A stretch of DNA of 63,952 bases, the filler included, from Basidiobolus meristosporus CBS 931.73 (lineage: Eukaryota > Fungi > Basidiobolomycota): the NCBI GenBank assembly GCA_002104905.1. It is 3 parts of 3 records of this genome, joined end to end, with 100 filler letters (N's around TTAATTAATTAA, not from the genome) between each part and the next. Parts side by side here need not be neighbours in the genome. Positions count along the whole stretch, not along the records: positions 1 to 17,003 come from MCFE01001106.1; positions 17,104 to 47,886 come from MCFE01000844.1; 1 more part is not named here. One strand, given 5' to 3'. The notes beneath the pieces are model-generated. The model saw only the letters and a program-made list of their open reading frames with translations. It made no database searches and was not told the origin of the DNA. The stretch's first letter is position 1, and each line of letters opens with the position of its first letter. A program made the position numbers and the translations under genes. Below, in pieces: positions 12,042 through 22,930 of the stretch.

Positions 12042-12425
12042 CTATTTTCGAAGCCCAAGCGGCTCCAATCTCCAAACACTGTTGGTGGCGAACTCCTTAG
12101 GAGCAATCGGCTCATGCTGTAGTGGGGATTCCGTCTGGTCAGTTGGGTATTTAGAAAGGGCAGTAGTGTCAAAGCAAATACCGTTTGGCCACGATAAGAC
12201 CCTGTAAGTCGGAAGTCGCGTTCCATCATGCGGTGTGTCCATGGATCAGGCTGAGTTCTAATAGGCTGTTTCCAGGGTTAGGAGCAGCTCTCAGCTCTAA
12301 TCAAGTCAAAACTCTACCTTTCCATCGTTGGAACTCTCCTTCAACATGCGTAAAAGGACACCAGTGACACCGAAACAACCGGAGATGATGCCTAGGGGAA
12401 TGAGGGCTTCATATGGAACAGGCAT
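12042..12425 (-). CDS. NDUFA1: Complex I subunit MWFE (3 exons)
   Basis: MPVPYEALIPLGIISGCFGVTG...GK | PIRTQPDPWTHRMMERDFRLTGSYRGQT | HEPIAPKEFATNSVWRLE; GT-AG introns with CTAAC/CTGAC branch sites. Confidence 0.9.
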
Positions 12426-12638
12426 CGTTAAATTGTGCTTTGCAAGAACAAGGTTCTGTGTGGGAGGCCACAGTAACAAAATACGAGGTTTGATAGTATT
12501 CAATCCAATTCACACATTGGGGTTCACATATTGCTGGGATCATGCTAGCAACTTATCCCCCAAAAAAAACCAGCCTGGAAATGGGGAGGATTAGCGAAAT
12601 TACGGAGAGGCCCACGAAAAAATGGGATTTTATTGAAC

Positions 12639-13064
12639 TTAGAAGATTGATTTGATGGTGATCGTGTGACCAACTTTCTCTAGCTCCTCTTTCGCACGAT
12701 CAACAGTGCTTTGTTTAACCAACAAATAGTCGGTGTCGTAGGTGCTGATTGCGAAGATCGATATCTTGGCCTGAGCCAGAGTGGTGCTTAAGTTAGACAG
12801 GATACCGATCAGCGAAAAATCCAGAGGTCCTTGAACCTTCATGCACCTCCAGTCATTCTCATACGCAACCATCCCGTCCTTTTCGAGTAGCTCTTGCATC
12901 ACCTCGCTGCTAGGCTGGAGAGTGACAATGGAAAGCTCCTCTGGGGTGCGCGTGATGGAGTAGAAGGGAAGGTCATCAATCAGCTTGGGGACCTTCGCGC
13001 CAGAGGCGAACTTGAGAACACTGAATTGTTCTGTGTAAAGGAGTAAATCAAGTTGGTGAGACAT
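12639..13064 (-). CDS. Small ACT-domain protein (CASTOR/ACT_7-like, COG3603 type), intronless
   Basis: 141 aa; FYSITRTPEELSIV, WRCMKVQGPLDFSLIGILSNLSTTLAQAKISIFAISTYDTDYLLVK. Confidence 0.85.
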   Translation of the reverse strand: MSHQLDLLLYTEQFSVLKFASGAKVPKLIDDLPFYSITRTPEELSIVTLQPSSEVMQELLEKDGMVAYENDWRCMKVQGPLDFSLIGILSNLSTTLAQAKISIFAISTYDTDYLLVKQSTVDRAKEELEKVGHTITIKSIF

Positions 13065-13257
13065 GGTTGGAAATCACCGGCACCGGTCGCTCCAAGATCT
13101 TTTATATCCAGTCATGATTGCGGAAACCATCCCGGGTGAGAAGAAACAAAAAATATACAGACATTTATTAAATAGGATTGGATATAGAAGCCGGATAAGT
13201 ATATGCAAAAGGAAGATGCCGTACACTGACACACAGGTGCTTGTTTCTATGAAGGGG

Positions 13258-14883
13258 CTAGTCGAAAATGATCTTGGTGGGCTTGACGTTGGGGTCAATC
13301 TCCTTGAAGAAGGCGCCATAGGACTTGTGTTCCTTCTTCTTCACAGTGGTTCCGAACTTGAACAGACTGTCAGGAACAGGCTGGTTGGCCGATTTCAGCA
13401 CGTTGATGAGGGAGCCAGAGTGGGCCTTGTCGTGGGGAGTAAACAAGGTGTGCGCAGTCCCCTTCTTGCCTGCTCTGCCAGTACGGCCAATACGATGAAC
13501 GTACTCATCGATGGTGAGAGGGAAAGTGACATTGATGACGTATTCTACGTTAGGGATATCCAACCCACGGGCTGCGACATCGGTGGCAATCAAAAGTGGA
13601 TAGGAGCCATCCTTGAAAGCACTGATTGCCTCGGTACGTTGGCTCTGGTTTTTGTCCCCGTGGATACCAGTCACCTTCCAACCCTGTCTCATCAAGTAGT
13701 TTTCAACTCGTTCCGCTTCCTTCTTGTACAAAACAAACACGAGCACACGGTTCTTGCGACTCTTGTGGTATTTCTGCAACAGCTCATGAAGTCTACGCTC
13801 CTTTTGGCGAGGATCATCGATCACCTCTACGATTTGGGTTACGTTGTGGCTCACAGCGAGATCGTCCGAACCGATAGTGACCTTGACTGGTTTTACGAGG
13901 AAGTCGTTGGCCAACTTGCGAATGGTTTCGGGCCAAGTAGCACTGAACATCACAGTTTGGCGATGAGGGTTGGTCTTGGAGATGATGGAGCGGATGGCTT
14001 GCTCAAATCCAAAATCAAGCATTCTGTCAGCCTCATCAAGCACCAGGAAGGACACGTTGCTCAAGTCACAAGCTCCCTCTTCAACCAAATCCAAAAGTCT
14101 ACCTGGGGTGGCGACAACAAACTGGGCGCCGGATTTAAGGGCTCTCTTCTGCTGATCCTTGGGCACACCACCGTAAATGCAAACACTGGAAATGTTGCAA
14201 GCGGCACCGACCTCCTCCGCAGTTTCTTGACTTTGCATGACAAGCTCACGGGTGGGGGCGAGAACAAGTACAGTGGGTCTGCAAGACTGCTTGGTTCCAA
14301 AACCAGGCTGTCCCTTGATATGGGTGACAGCTGGAAGAGTGAAAGCAAGGGTTTTTCCTGAGCCTGTTTCGGCAATACCGATCACATCACGTCCAGAGAG
14401 GACAATGGGCCAACAGCTGGACTGGATAGGAGTGGGTGTGGTGAACTTTTTACAGAAGTTCATGATATCCTCGGAGTATCCGGTTTGGTAGAAGTGTTGA
14501 AGAGGTCTGTACTCCTGATCAGTAGTCATGGTGATACCATGCTTCTCGTAGTAAGCTTGGATGTCGCTCTGTGGCAAAGCTTCAACTTCAGGATGTGGCT
14601 GATAGAAGCATTTTCTGATACCGCCCTCCAAAGGAGCCTCAGCAACAACAACAGGCTCAGCTTCAGGCTCGGCCTTCTTCGATTTCTTGGCCTTCTTCTT
14701 ATCAGTGGCTTCCTCTCTATCTCTTTTTTTGTCTTTTTTCTCTTTCTTCTCCTTCTTGTCCTTCTTTTCTTTCTTCACCTTTTCGCCGGATTTCTCGGAC
14801 TTCTTTTCTTTCTTAGCCTTCTTCAACTCCTTGTCAACAGCATTGACTTGAGCCTTGCTGGATTCTTCGGTGATGGCGGGCAT
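13258..14883 (-). CDS. DBP3: DEAD-box rRNA-processing helicase Dbp3
   Basis: Lys-rich N-terminus, PTPIQ, AETGSGKT, DEAD, SAT, HRIGRTGRAG, C-terminal GTTVKKKEHKSYGAFFK...KIIFD; start taken at MPAITEE (14883). Confidence 0.93.
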   Translation of the reverse strand: MPAITEESSKAQVNAVDKELKKAKKEKKSEKSGEKVKKEKKDKKEKKEKKDKKRDREEATDKKKAKKSKKAEPEAEPVVVAEAPLEGGIRKCFYQPHPEVEALPQSDIQAYYEKHGITMTTDQEYRPLQHFYQTGYSEDIMNFCKKFTTPTPIQSSCWPIVLSGRDVIGIAETGSGKTLAFTLPAVTHIKGQPGFGTKQSCRPTVLVLAPTRELVMQSQETAEEVGAACNISSVCIYGGVPKDQQKRALKSGAQFVVATPGRLLDLVEEGACDLSNVSFLVLDEADRMLDFGFEQAIRSIISKTNPHRQTVMFSATWPETIRKLANDFLVKPVKVTIGSDDLAVSHNVTQIVEVIDDPRQKERRLHELLQKYHKSRKNRVLVFVLYKKEAERVENYLMRQGWKVTGIHGDKNQSQRTEAISAFKDGSYPLLIATDVAARGLDIPNVEYVINVTFPLTIDEYVHRIGRTGRAGKKGTAHTLFTPHDKAHSGSLINVLKSANQPVPDSLFKFGTTVKKKEHKSYGAFFKEIDPNVKPTKIIFD

Positions 14884-15255
14884 GTTGCTGATATACACGT
14901 CCGTTAGAAAGAAATGTATGGGACAAGAACAGTGGAGAAAGGGCGCCAGTGTAGAGTCACTTCATTATGTATTTCGATTTTTTTTCACAACATCTGAAGA
15001 AAAAAATTCCTTTCCTATCGAGATTCCTTATTTGGCCTGGTTCCAAGTCCCATAAAGTAGTCACAATTCTATAGGCCACCAGCGCGCCCCATGAAGCCCA
15101 ATGAGATGACGATCCCGGTTAAATTAGATTTATTTAAGTAAGCTAACACTAAGTAAGAAGGCTATGGTCTAGGAAGTGAACGGATTTCTACTAAAATACG
15201 GTCGTGTCCACGGAAGATAGGAAGGGGTGGTCACAGGCGATGCGTTTTGCGCTTT

Positions 15256-16744
15256 TTACATGTCCATCATATCAACCTCCCGAATCTCTCCACGGCATGT
15301 TGAGTTCGAGATTTCACGTCGGATCTCGGCTGTGATGGAGTGATGTGTCTTGTGGCGGAGAACGTCGAGTAGAGCATCCTTCTGTTCAGGTGTGAGATCG
15401 GACTTGTATCTTTGTGCGAAGACCAAGAAGGATTGATGCCAGAGGACTGGCATCTCACGTGGGTCTTGCTTGAATCGGATGAAGTGGAACACCAAAGCAT
15501 CGATTACCTTGAAGGGTAACGCATACTTCTTGTCAAGGAGAACTCGAATGAACAAACTGTTCGGGCCGGTGTAGTCCATCTCAGCCAAGCGAAGAAGGGC
15601 GGCACTAGAGTGCAACACCGGCACACTGACTTTGGTCAACACACTGCCAAAGATGGCCGCTTCTTTCAAAGTGCAACTTCCAGACTCGCACAATGGGAAG
15701 AGAATTCCCTTGAAGAAAGCCGCTGGCTTGTACAAGGCTTTCTTGAGAGACATGTACAGATGGTGGTTTAATTTCTTGTTCTCGCGGATATCGTCACGGA
15801 CGTAATCGAGCAAGATCAGGTTGAAGAACTTCTGTGACTGCTTGGCCTTGAGGTTAGAGACGAAAATACGGGTAGCCTCGTAAACGGCGTTGGGTGTCCA
15901 CTCCATAGGCTGTGTGATGTAGAGAATGTCCTCCCAGTTACTTAATGATGGAATGATCTTGAATGCCTTGGGGAGTTTGCCGGACTTGTAGCGACCCAAA
16001 AGCTCACCAACCCTGCGGGCAAAAGTAGTTAGCGCCTGAAGGAATACAGAGTATGGAGCATCCACACATACTTGGTGTACACCTCGACAATCTTGGGGTT
16101 GATGCCAGGGGGGGCAGCAAGCTCCTCCTGTTCCTCAGCCCCTCCGTTGTTCTGGGATTCAATCTTGGCCATAATAATATCGGCCAATGTTTGGCGGGCT
16201 CTAGGGGCGTTGGGAAGGAATTTGTCCAATAATGCTTGATCAGCTTCATCAACCTCCAATTCCTCATACTCGACATCCTCCTCCTCCTCGGAACCCTGAG
16301 CCTCGTCGTCACTATCGTTAAGGGCGGCTGAAAGAGTAGCCTTGTCAACAGGTTGGCCGCTTTGATAAAATCATGTCAGACACAAAAGTGATCTTCACGA
16401 ATGCGCAACAGGCATAAACTTACTATTCCTCATCCTCGTCCTCATTGTCGTCTGAGTATTCGTCCTTCTCAATCTCATTCTGTTGCTCACGAGCAATTTT
16501 CAAAATTTTCCGGGAAAGCTTGGGGTCGATGTACTCCTGAAAAGATAGGATGTGTTAAACAAAACGCACCGGCGCCCGAGCATATAGACTGGCATACCTC
16601 ATTCTCCTCTCTTTGCTTTCTATTTTCCCTATCAGCAAACTTCTTTTTTCCAGCCTTAACTTTGACGGTTGAATTGGCGTCCTCAGTGAGTTCGACATGA
16701 AGAGGATCATGGCGTTGCTTTCTTTGTACTCTTTCCTTTCCCAT
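15256..16744 (-). CDS. ENP1: Bystin / Enp1 pre-rRNA processing factor (multi-exon)
   Basis: MGK...[70 protein letters not shown]-like [17 protein letters not shown]. Confidence 0.92.
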
Positions 16745-17003
16745 GGTATGTTATTTCAAATGTGATAGGGAATATGCTAATGAGAAGCAACCTAGGTTAC
16801 AGCAGGTTGGGTGGTTAAAAAAAATTGACCAACCGAAAAAAATGCTGACCTTCGAGCGAACGAGCCGGATGAGGATGCACGGAAAAAAAAATAAAAAAAA
16901 TGGACAATTTACACACGCTTGCCCACTTTGGCGTTTAGTTTCCTGCGTAAACTAATCAGGCCAACTGGTACCCACCACCCCATGGAATCAGGGTATTTTT
17001 TCG

Positions 17004-17103
17004 NNNNNNNNNNNNNNNNNNNNNNNNNNNNNNNNNNNNNNNNNNNNTTAATTAATTAANNNNNNNNNNNNNNNNNNNNNNNNNNNNNNNNNNNNNNNNN
17101 NNN
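17004..17103. other. Assembly gap with TTAATTAATTAA linker
   Basis: 100-nt N-run with a 12-mer at 17048-17059 that gives stops in all six frames. Confidence 0.97.
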
Positions 17104-17319
17104 TACAATGAGATATTTAATCATTTCAGAGTGAGGGTAGAGCACACATTTGGATATCTGAAGAGACTCAGCATATTGGCAGGTAAATACAGAGGAAAGT
17201 CATATATAGGAGAAAACAGCAGAATAGGTAAAATAGTTAAGATACTTATTAATGCACAGTATGTTCATACAAGAAGACATCCACTGAGAGAAATGTGTCT
17301 GGAGCATTCTGAAGAGTAA
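17104..17319 (+). mobile_element. C-terminal fragment of a PIF/Harbinger/ISL2EU-type (DDE_Tnp_4) transposase
   Basis: YNEIFNHFRVRVEHTFGYLKRLSILAGKYR matches the R-x-x-VE-x-x-FG-x-LK motif; 5' part lies in the gap. Confidence 0.6.
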
Positions 17320-17523
17320 ATAAAGCAAGGAAAGCACTATTCTGAGCAACATAAGTAAGATTGAGTAAAATTACCAGTAACTGTATCATACCACTGGCAT
17401 CATGGTAGAAATTATAGTGCCAGATAGTGCTGTAGAGTGCCAGATCAATCCGGCACCATAAACAGGCTTGCACTATGTGGCACTATCCATCGGAACAAGT
17501 CTATTATGTACTAACCCTGAAAC

Positions 17524-20217
17524 TGTTACAGAATGCTCCTGAATATTGAGAAACCCTCCCTACTTAGTGTTACAGCTGTATTACTTCTACAAAGGTATAA
17601 ATACTGAGCTTCTTTATGAATAAATAACAGTTCAACTATTATCACTATTTCTTGATAAGTTCCTTATATCCAAATCACTTCTTAAATTGCAACAGGTTAT
17701 AAGCCCTGATTGCCTTAATCTATTCCAAAGATGACTTCTACCAGCAAACAAAGCAATACCAACATCTTCCCTTTTAAGGAGAGGTTTGATGGGAAGAATT
17801 ACAGACTTTGGAAAATCAAGATGCAGATCCACCTTGAGGAAAGAAAGCTTTGGAACATAGTAACAGGAAAGGAAGTTGAGCCCAAAGGAACAGCAGAAGA
17901 TGTGGAGAAGTTTCAAGTGAAGGAGAGAAAGGCCTTCAATGCCATATGCATCAATGTGCAAGACTCCTTCATTGGACAAATACATGCCTCAAATACTGCC
18001 AAAGCAGCATGGGAATCCTTAGAGAAGATCTTTAGAGCAAAGTCAGTATCAAGCAAGCTTTATTTGAAACAAAAGTTCTTCAGCATAAGGAAGAAACCAG
18101 ATGATGACATGCTACAACTCATTACCAGAATGGAGACACTTGCAGAAGAACTTTACAGTATTAATGCTGGTGTAGATGATGAAGAAAAGATACTCTGTCT
18201 GCTTTGCAGCCTACCAGACAAGTATGAGCCACTCATACTTTCTTTTGAAAGCAGAGAAGACAACTTGACTTTAGACTATGTCAAAGGAAGACTTCTCCAT
18301 GAAGAACTCAGACGTAATGATCAAGCAGATAAAACTGAAGATAATGCTTTATTCAGTTCAGAAAGGCACACAGAAAAGAAGGGAAAGCAACAAAACCAAA
18401 GAAAACCTGGCTGCTGTGACTACTGTAAAAAGCCAGGACACTGGGCAAGAGAATGCAAGAAGAAACAAGCAGACAAAAAACAGAAACTAGAGCAAGCAAA
18501 CCATATAACTACTGATGAACAGTTATTTGTAACTGTACAAGAGAGTGCAAGTAACTGAAGTAATGAATGGTATATTGACTCTGGAGCATCACAGCATATT
18601 TGTGGTATAAAGGATTGGTTCAGCAACTTAAAGACTATTCCCGTAAGAAAGGTTTATTGGGGAGATAACTCTGCATTGGAAGCTACTGCCAGTGGGTCTA
18701 TACAACCAAATATGAGTGATAACTCAGGGGCAACAACAGCAAAACTGACTGACATACTCTATGTACCTGGAATAGCTAAGAACCGACTCTCAGTCAGTAA
18801 AGCAACTACTCAGGGACTGAAATTTGTTTTTACTAAGCTGAGCTGCTCAATATTGAGTGAAAATGGACAAAAATTAGCTTCAGGAATCAGAGATCCAAAT
18901 ACATACAAGTTACAATGCAAGATCATTGTACCTGAGTATGTCAACATTGCTGAAACTGATGAAACCAACTGGGAAATGTGGCATAGGAGGCCAGGACACA
19001 TTGGGGAACAGAAAATGAGCCAATTGGTTGAAAATTAGCTTGTTTTGGGCCTGAAATACTCAATTCCAATCAAATTGAATGTTTGTAAGAGATGTTCATA
19101 TGGCAAATAAGCTAGGCAATGTTTCAAGAGCTCAGAAGGCATCAATACCACCAAAATATTGGCTATTGTACACTCAGACATATGTGGCCCCATGAGAACA
19201 CTGTCCTTTGGAGCCATGAGATAATTTATGACGTTTATTGATGACAAGACAAGATATACATGGGTGTACTTCCTCAAAACCAAGGATGAAGCTTTAGAGA
19301 CGTTTATGCACTTCAAGAACATAGCGGAAACACAAACAGGATGTAAATTGAAGGTACTACAAAGTGACAATGGAGGAGAATACTGCTCAAAGGAGTTTGC
19401 AAAATACTGCTTGTCTACTGGTATGCTTCAACAGACCACAGTTCCTCATACTACACAGCAAAATGGAGTAGCAGAATGTGCAAATAGAACAATAGTAGAG
19501 ATGGGAAGTTCTTTGCTACATGATAAGGGAATGGACTACAGGTTTTGGGCTGAATCTATTGCTACCACTGTATACATCAAGAACAGATGCCCAACAACAG
19601 CACTACATGATTCTACACCCTTTGAAGCATATACAGGCAAAAAACCAGATCTCCAGCACCTCAAGATCTTTGGCAGTGATATTTTTTATCACATCCCTGA
19701 CAAAAAACGCTCAAAGTTGGAACCAAAGAGTAGGAAAGAGATCTTTCTTGGGTATTGTGAAGATACTAAAGGGTATAGAGTGTATAATGGCAAAATTCAG
19801 AAGCTGATTAACAGCAGGGACGTTGTATTTGAGGAGAATTCAGATCAGAAAGCCACAGAAATTATTGGTCAGCTGCCTGATGATGCATTCAACACTAATG
19901 AAGAAGATACGTCCCAAATCCAGCCTGATATGGAAGATACTTCTACCAGTTCCAGATCAGAACAGATTATCCCAGTTAGGAGATCTACCAGAATAAGAAA
20001 TGCCCCTGGATCCTGGTGGCAGACATACAATGATCATGAAGAAGATTATCATACCTTATGTGCCAAACCTCGGAATCTGGAACAGGCAATGCAAAGTCCA
20101 AATGCTACTAAGTGGCAACAAGCCATGCAGGAGGAGTGCCAATCACTGATCAAGGCAAAAACGTGGGAACTGGTAGATTTACCAAATGGGAGAAAGCCAA
20201 TAGGATGTAGATGGGTC
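17524..20217 (+). mobile_element. Ty1/Copia element, 3'-truncated at the start of RT
   Basis: LTR 17524-17695 (TGTTACA...GCAACA), PBS GGTTATAAGCCC, gag (FDGKNYRLWK, CDYCKKPGHWAREC), protease WYIDSGAS, integrase (HSDICGP, SDNGGEY, QQNGVAE), RT begins KPIGCRWV then stops. Confidence 0.92.
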
Positions 20218-22365
20218 ACCAATCCCCACAAATTAGAACATTGTTATTGCCAACTTGACAACTTTAGTTCTCTCTTCAAACCTTCTGTAAAAACTTTCAA
20301 TTGTCTCTTAACTAATATTGCCGACCTTGAACAACTTCATCGCCAACTTTTATTAGAAGTTCTAACTTTACCCAAACTTTCTTGACTCTATACCTCTTAC
20401 AAAGCTATCCTTGATCTTTGCAATCTTCTTATTCCTGCCTTCTCCTCCCCTAATACTACTTCTTCCTCTCATGATCTTCCCAACCTACAAACTTTTTTGC
20501 TTGATGATCCTCCTAATATACGCTCCTCTTCATCTGATGAGCCTCCCAATATACGTTCCTCTTCATCCAATGAGCCTCCCAATAGACGCTCCTCTTTGTT
20601 TGATGATCCTCCCAATAGACGTTCCTTTTCATCCAATGAGCCTCCCAATAGACACTCCTCTTCATCTGATGATCTTCCTAACCCACAAACTTTACCTCCC
20701 AAATCTTCTTTACAACATATTCTCTTGTCTCAACACAAAATTTCCCTTCTTAACAAATTTGTTAACAACATCTCTTGTATCTTTGTTATCGATAATATCC
20801 CCACCACTGGCACCCTTGACCCCTCCATCTTTTGCAAAGGTATCTTCCCCAATCGCAACTCCCTCTCCAACCCTTGAACTTCTGAACTTGACAAATTAGA
20901 AGATATTGCCTTTGCTCTCTCTTCTCACGCCCTCTCTTATCTTTCTTCTACCTCACGCAAATCTGTTGACAAAAAACTTATCCCCATTAAAGTCAACTAT
21001 TCTCCCCGCTCTGGATACTATCTTTCTGTCACCAATTCTTTTGCCACCAAACTTAAATCTTTCTTAACCAAATCTTTCATCTCTAACAATAACATTACCT
21101 TTAAATCTGACAAATTAAACACCAAAATCTCCTCCAACAGCCTAACCCACATTAGCAATCATATTCTCTCCCTAGATGACCAAATTAACAAACAACTTAA
21201 ATCTCTCTTCCTTAGCAGCCTCAAACACTTATCTTCTTACAAAAATATCTTTTGTTGCATCAAACTCTTTGTCGCCAAATTTGACGTTATTAAATCTAAC
21301 TACAAAATTAGTCGCCTCTACAACTTCTGCCACCCTGTTGTCAAACTCTCCAACAAAAGTTATTTTAAAGCCACTGATCTCCGTCACCCCCTCATCAAAC
21401 GCCTCCACACTAATCTAGAATGTGTCCCTAATGATATCACCATTGGTACCAACAACCATGACAGTATCATCTTATACTCCATGAACTCCTGTGGCAAAAC
21501 CAGCCTCCTCAAAGCCTGCGGCCTCTCCATCATCCTTGCCCAAATGGGCTCCTTTGTCCCCGCTTCTTCTTTCAAATTCTCTTCCTACAAATCTCTCATG
21601 ACTTGCATCCTTAGCAAAGATAATATTCTCAAAGGCCAATCCTCCTTTGTCGCCAAAATGTCTGACCTTAGAAATATCCTCAAACATGCCAACCCCTACA
21701 CTTTAGTTCTTGCCAACAAAATTACCCACGGCACAGAACACATCACTGGATCTGCTATCTTTGCCTCCAGCATCATGACTCTCGCCAAACAAAATATCAG
21801 CTTTATGTTCACCACCCATTTACACAACATTTACAAATTTATTAAAGATATTCCCAACGTTAAAGTTTTTCATCTTTCTGTTAATTTCAAACATATTAAT
21901 TCTAAAAATGTTATCATCTTCAAATGCAAAATTAAAGAAGGCCCCTGTGACTCCATATATGGCCTCAAAGTCTGCAAATTCCTTAACATGGACTCTAACT
22001 TCCTGCAAAAAGCTTACCAAATCCGTGCCAACATTTTGTCCCGTGAAGATAAAGCTTGTCCCACTATTGCCAATGGTCTTCTAAACCAATACTCCAAATA
22101 TAGCCATTACAACAAACTTGTTTACAAATGTCAAATCTGCAACTACGTCCCTACCCAAACTACCAGCCTCCCTATCAATGTCCACCATATCCAACATCAA
22201 CACACTTCTGGCAACAATGGTATGATCAACCATCGCCACAAAAATTCTAAATCTAATCTTGTTGCTCTTTGCAAAAACTGTCACATTAAAACCCACCAAA
22301 ATAAACTCCAGATTAACGGCTATGCTAGCACCATCAAAGGTCTTATCTTAAACTTTGCACAATAA
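20218..22365 (+). pseudogene. 5'-truncated MutS7-type gene (MutS domains III-V plus C-terminal HNH), probable giant-virus origin
   Basis: One frame with a few stops: LTNIADLEQLHR, SIFCKGIFP, FKATDLRHPLIKR, VPNDI, MNSCGKTSLLKACGLSIILAQMGSFVPA, GQSSFVAKM, FMFTTHLH, SIYGLKVC, then CQIC...VHHI...KNSKSNLVALCKNCHIKTH. Strongly C/T-rich and intronless. Confidence 0.85.
20503..20690 (+). repeat. 33-bp coding minisatellite (5 units plus a partial) inside the MutS7 frame
   Basis: Units like GATGAGCCTCCCAATATACGTTCCTCTTCATCC encoding (D/N)(D/E)PPN(I/R)RSSSS. Confidence 0.9.
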
Positions 22366-22499
22366 CCATTCTAACCCAACGTTTATCCCTTTTTAAAACT
22401 CCTTTCAAACCTAACTCCCACCCCCTAATAAAACTTTTTTTATAAACCCTAATCTTTCTCTAACAACTTTTCCCAAAGTCTAACCGTCAAACTCCAATT

Positions 22500-22930
22500 A
22501 ACATCTTTTTCAAGATCCAAACCTTATTGTCATGAAAACTTTTTAAAAAACTTTTTTAAACATCAAGATTAAAACTTTGTCATCCTAAAAAACTTTTACA
22601 CAATTCAAACTTTGTCATCCTAAAAAACTTTCTCAACCAAACTTAATCTTTCTACTCCCAAACTCTCTTGACCCAAACCTTTTTCAAGATCTAAACTTTG
22701 TCATCCCGCAAAACTTTCTCAACCAAACTTTTTTCAAGGTTTTAGTTTAGTCTTCCCGCCAAACTTTTTTTAAGATCTAAACTTTGTCATCACGCAAAAC
22801 TCTTTTTAAAAAAATTTGTCATCACGCAACCTTTTTTTGACTAAACTTTTTCAAGATTTTAGTTTAGTCTTCCTGCCAAACTCTTTTCAAGATCTTAACT
22901 TTGTCATCACGCAAGACTTTTTTGACTAAA
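22500..22930. repeat. AT-rich array of about 7 copies of (CAAGATCT)AAACTTTGTCATC
   Basis: Motif at about 22572, 22607, 22693, 22779, 22811 and 22897, a degenerate copy near 22510, interleaved with TTAGTTTAGTCTTCC..CCAAAC units. Confidence 0.8.

Noticed and set aside
13063-14361. 432-aa plus-strand ORF
   Set aside because: Antisense shadow of DBP3; no recognisable motifs.
17004-17103. Palindromic TTAATTAATTAA inside N-runs (also 47887-47986)
   Set aside because: Identical synthetic six-frame-stop linker centred in 100-nt gaps; an assembly artefact.
20218-22365. Host MSH1-6 pseudogene
   Set aside because: No introns, atypical base composition, and a C-terminal HNH/CxxC module absent from fungal MSH proteins.
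20503-22930. CRISPR-like interpretation of the 33-bp and 13-bp repeats
   Set aside because: No unique spacers, eukaryotic context, no cas genes; the 33-mers are contiguous and coding.
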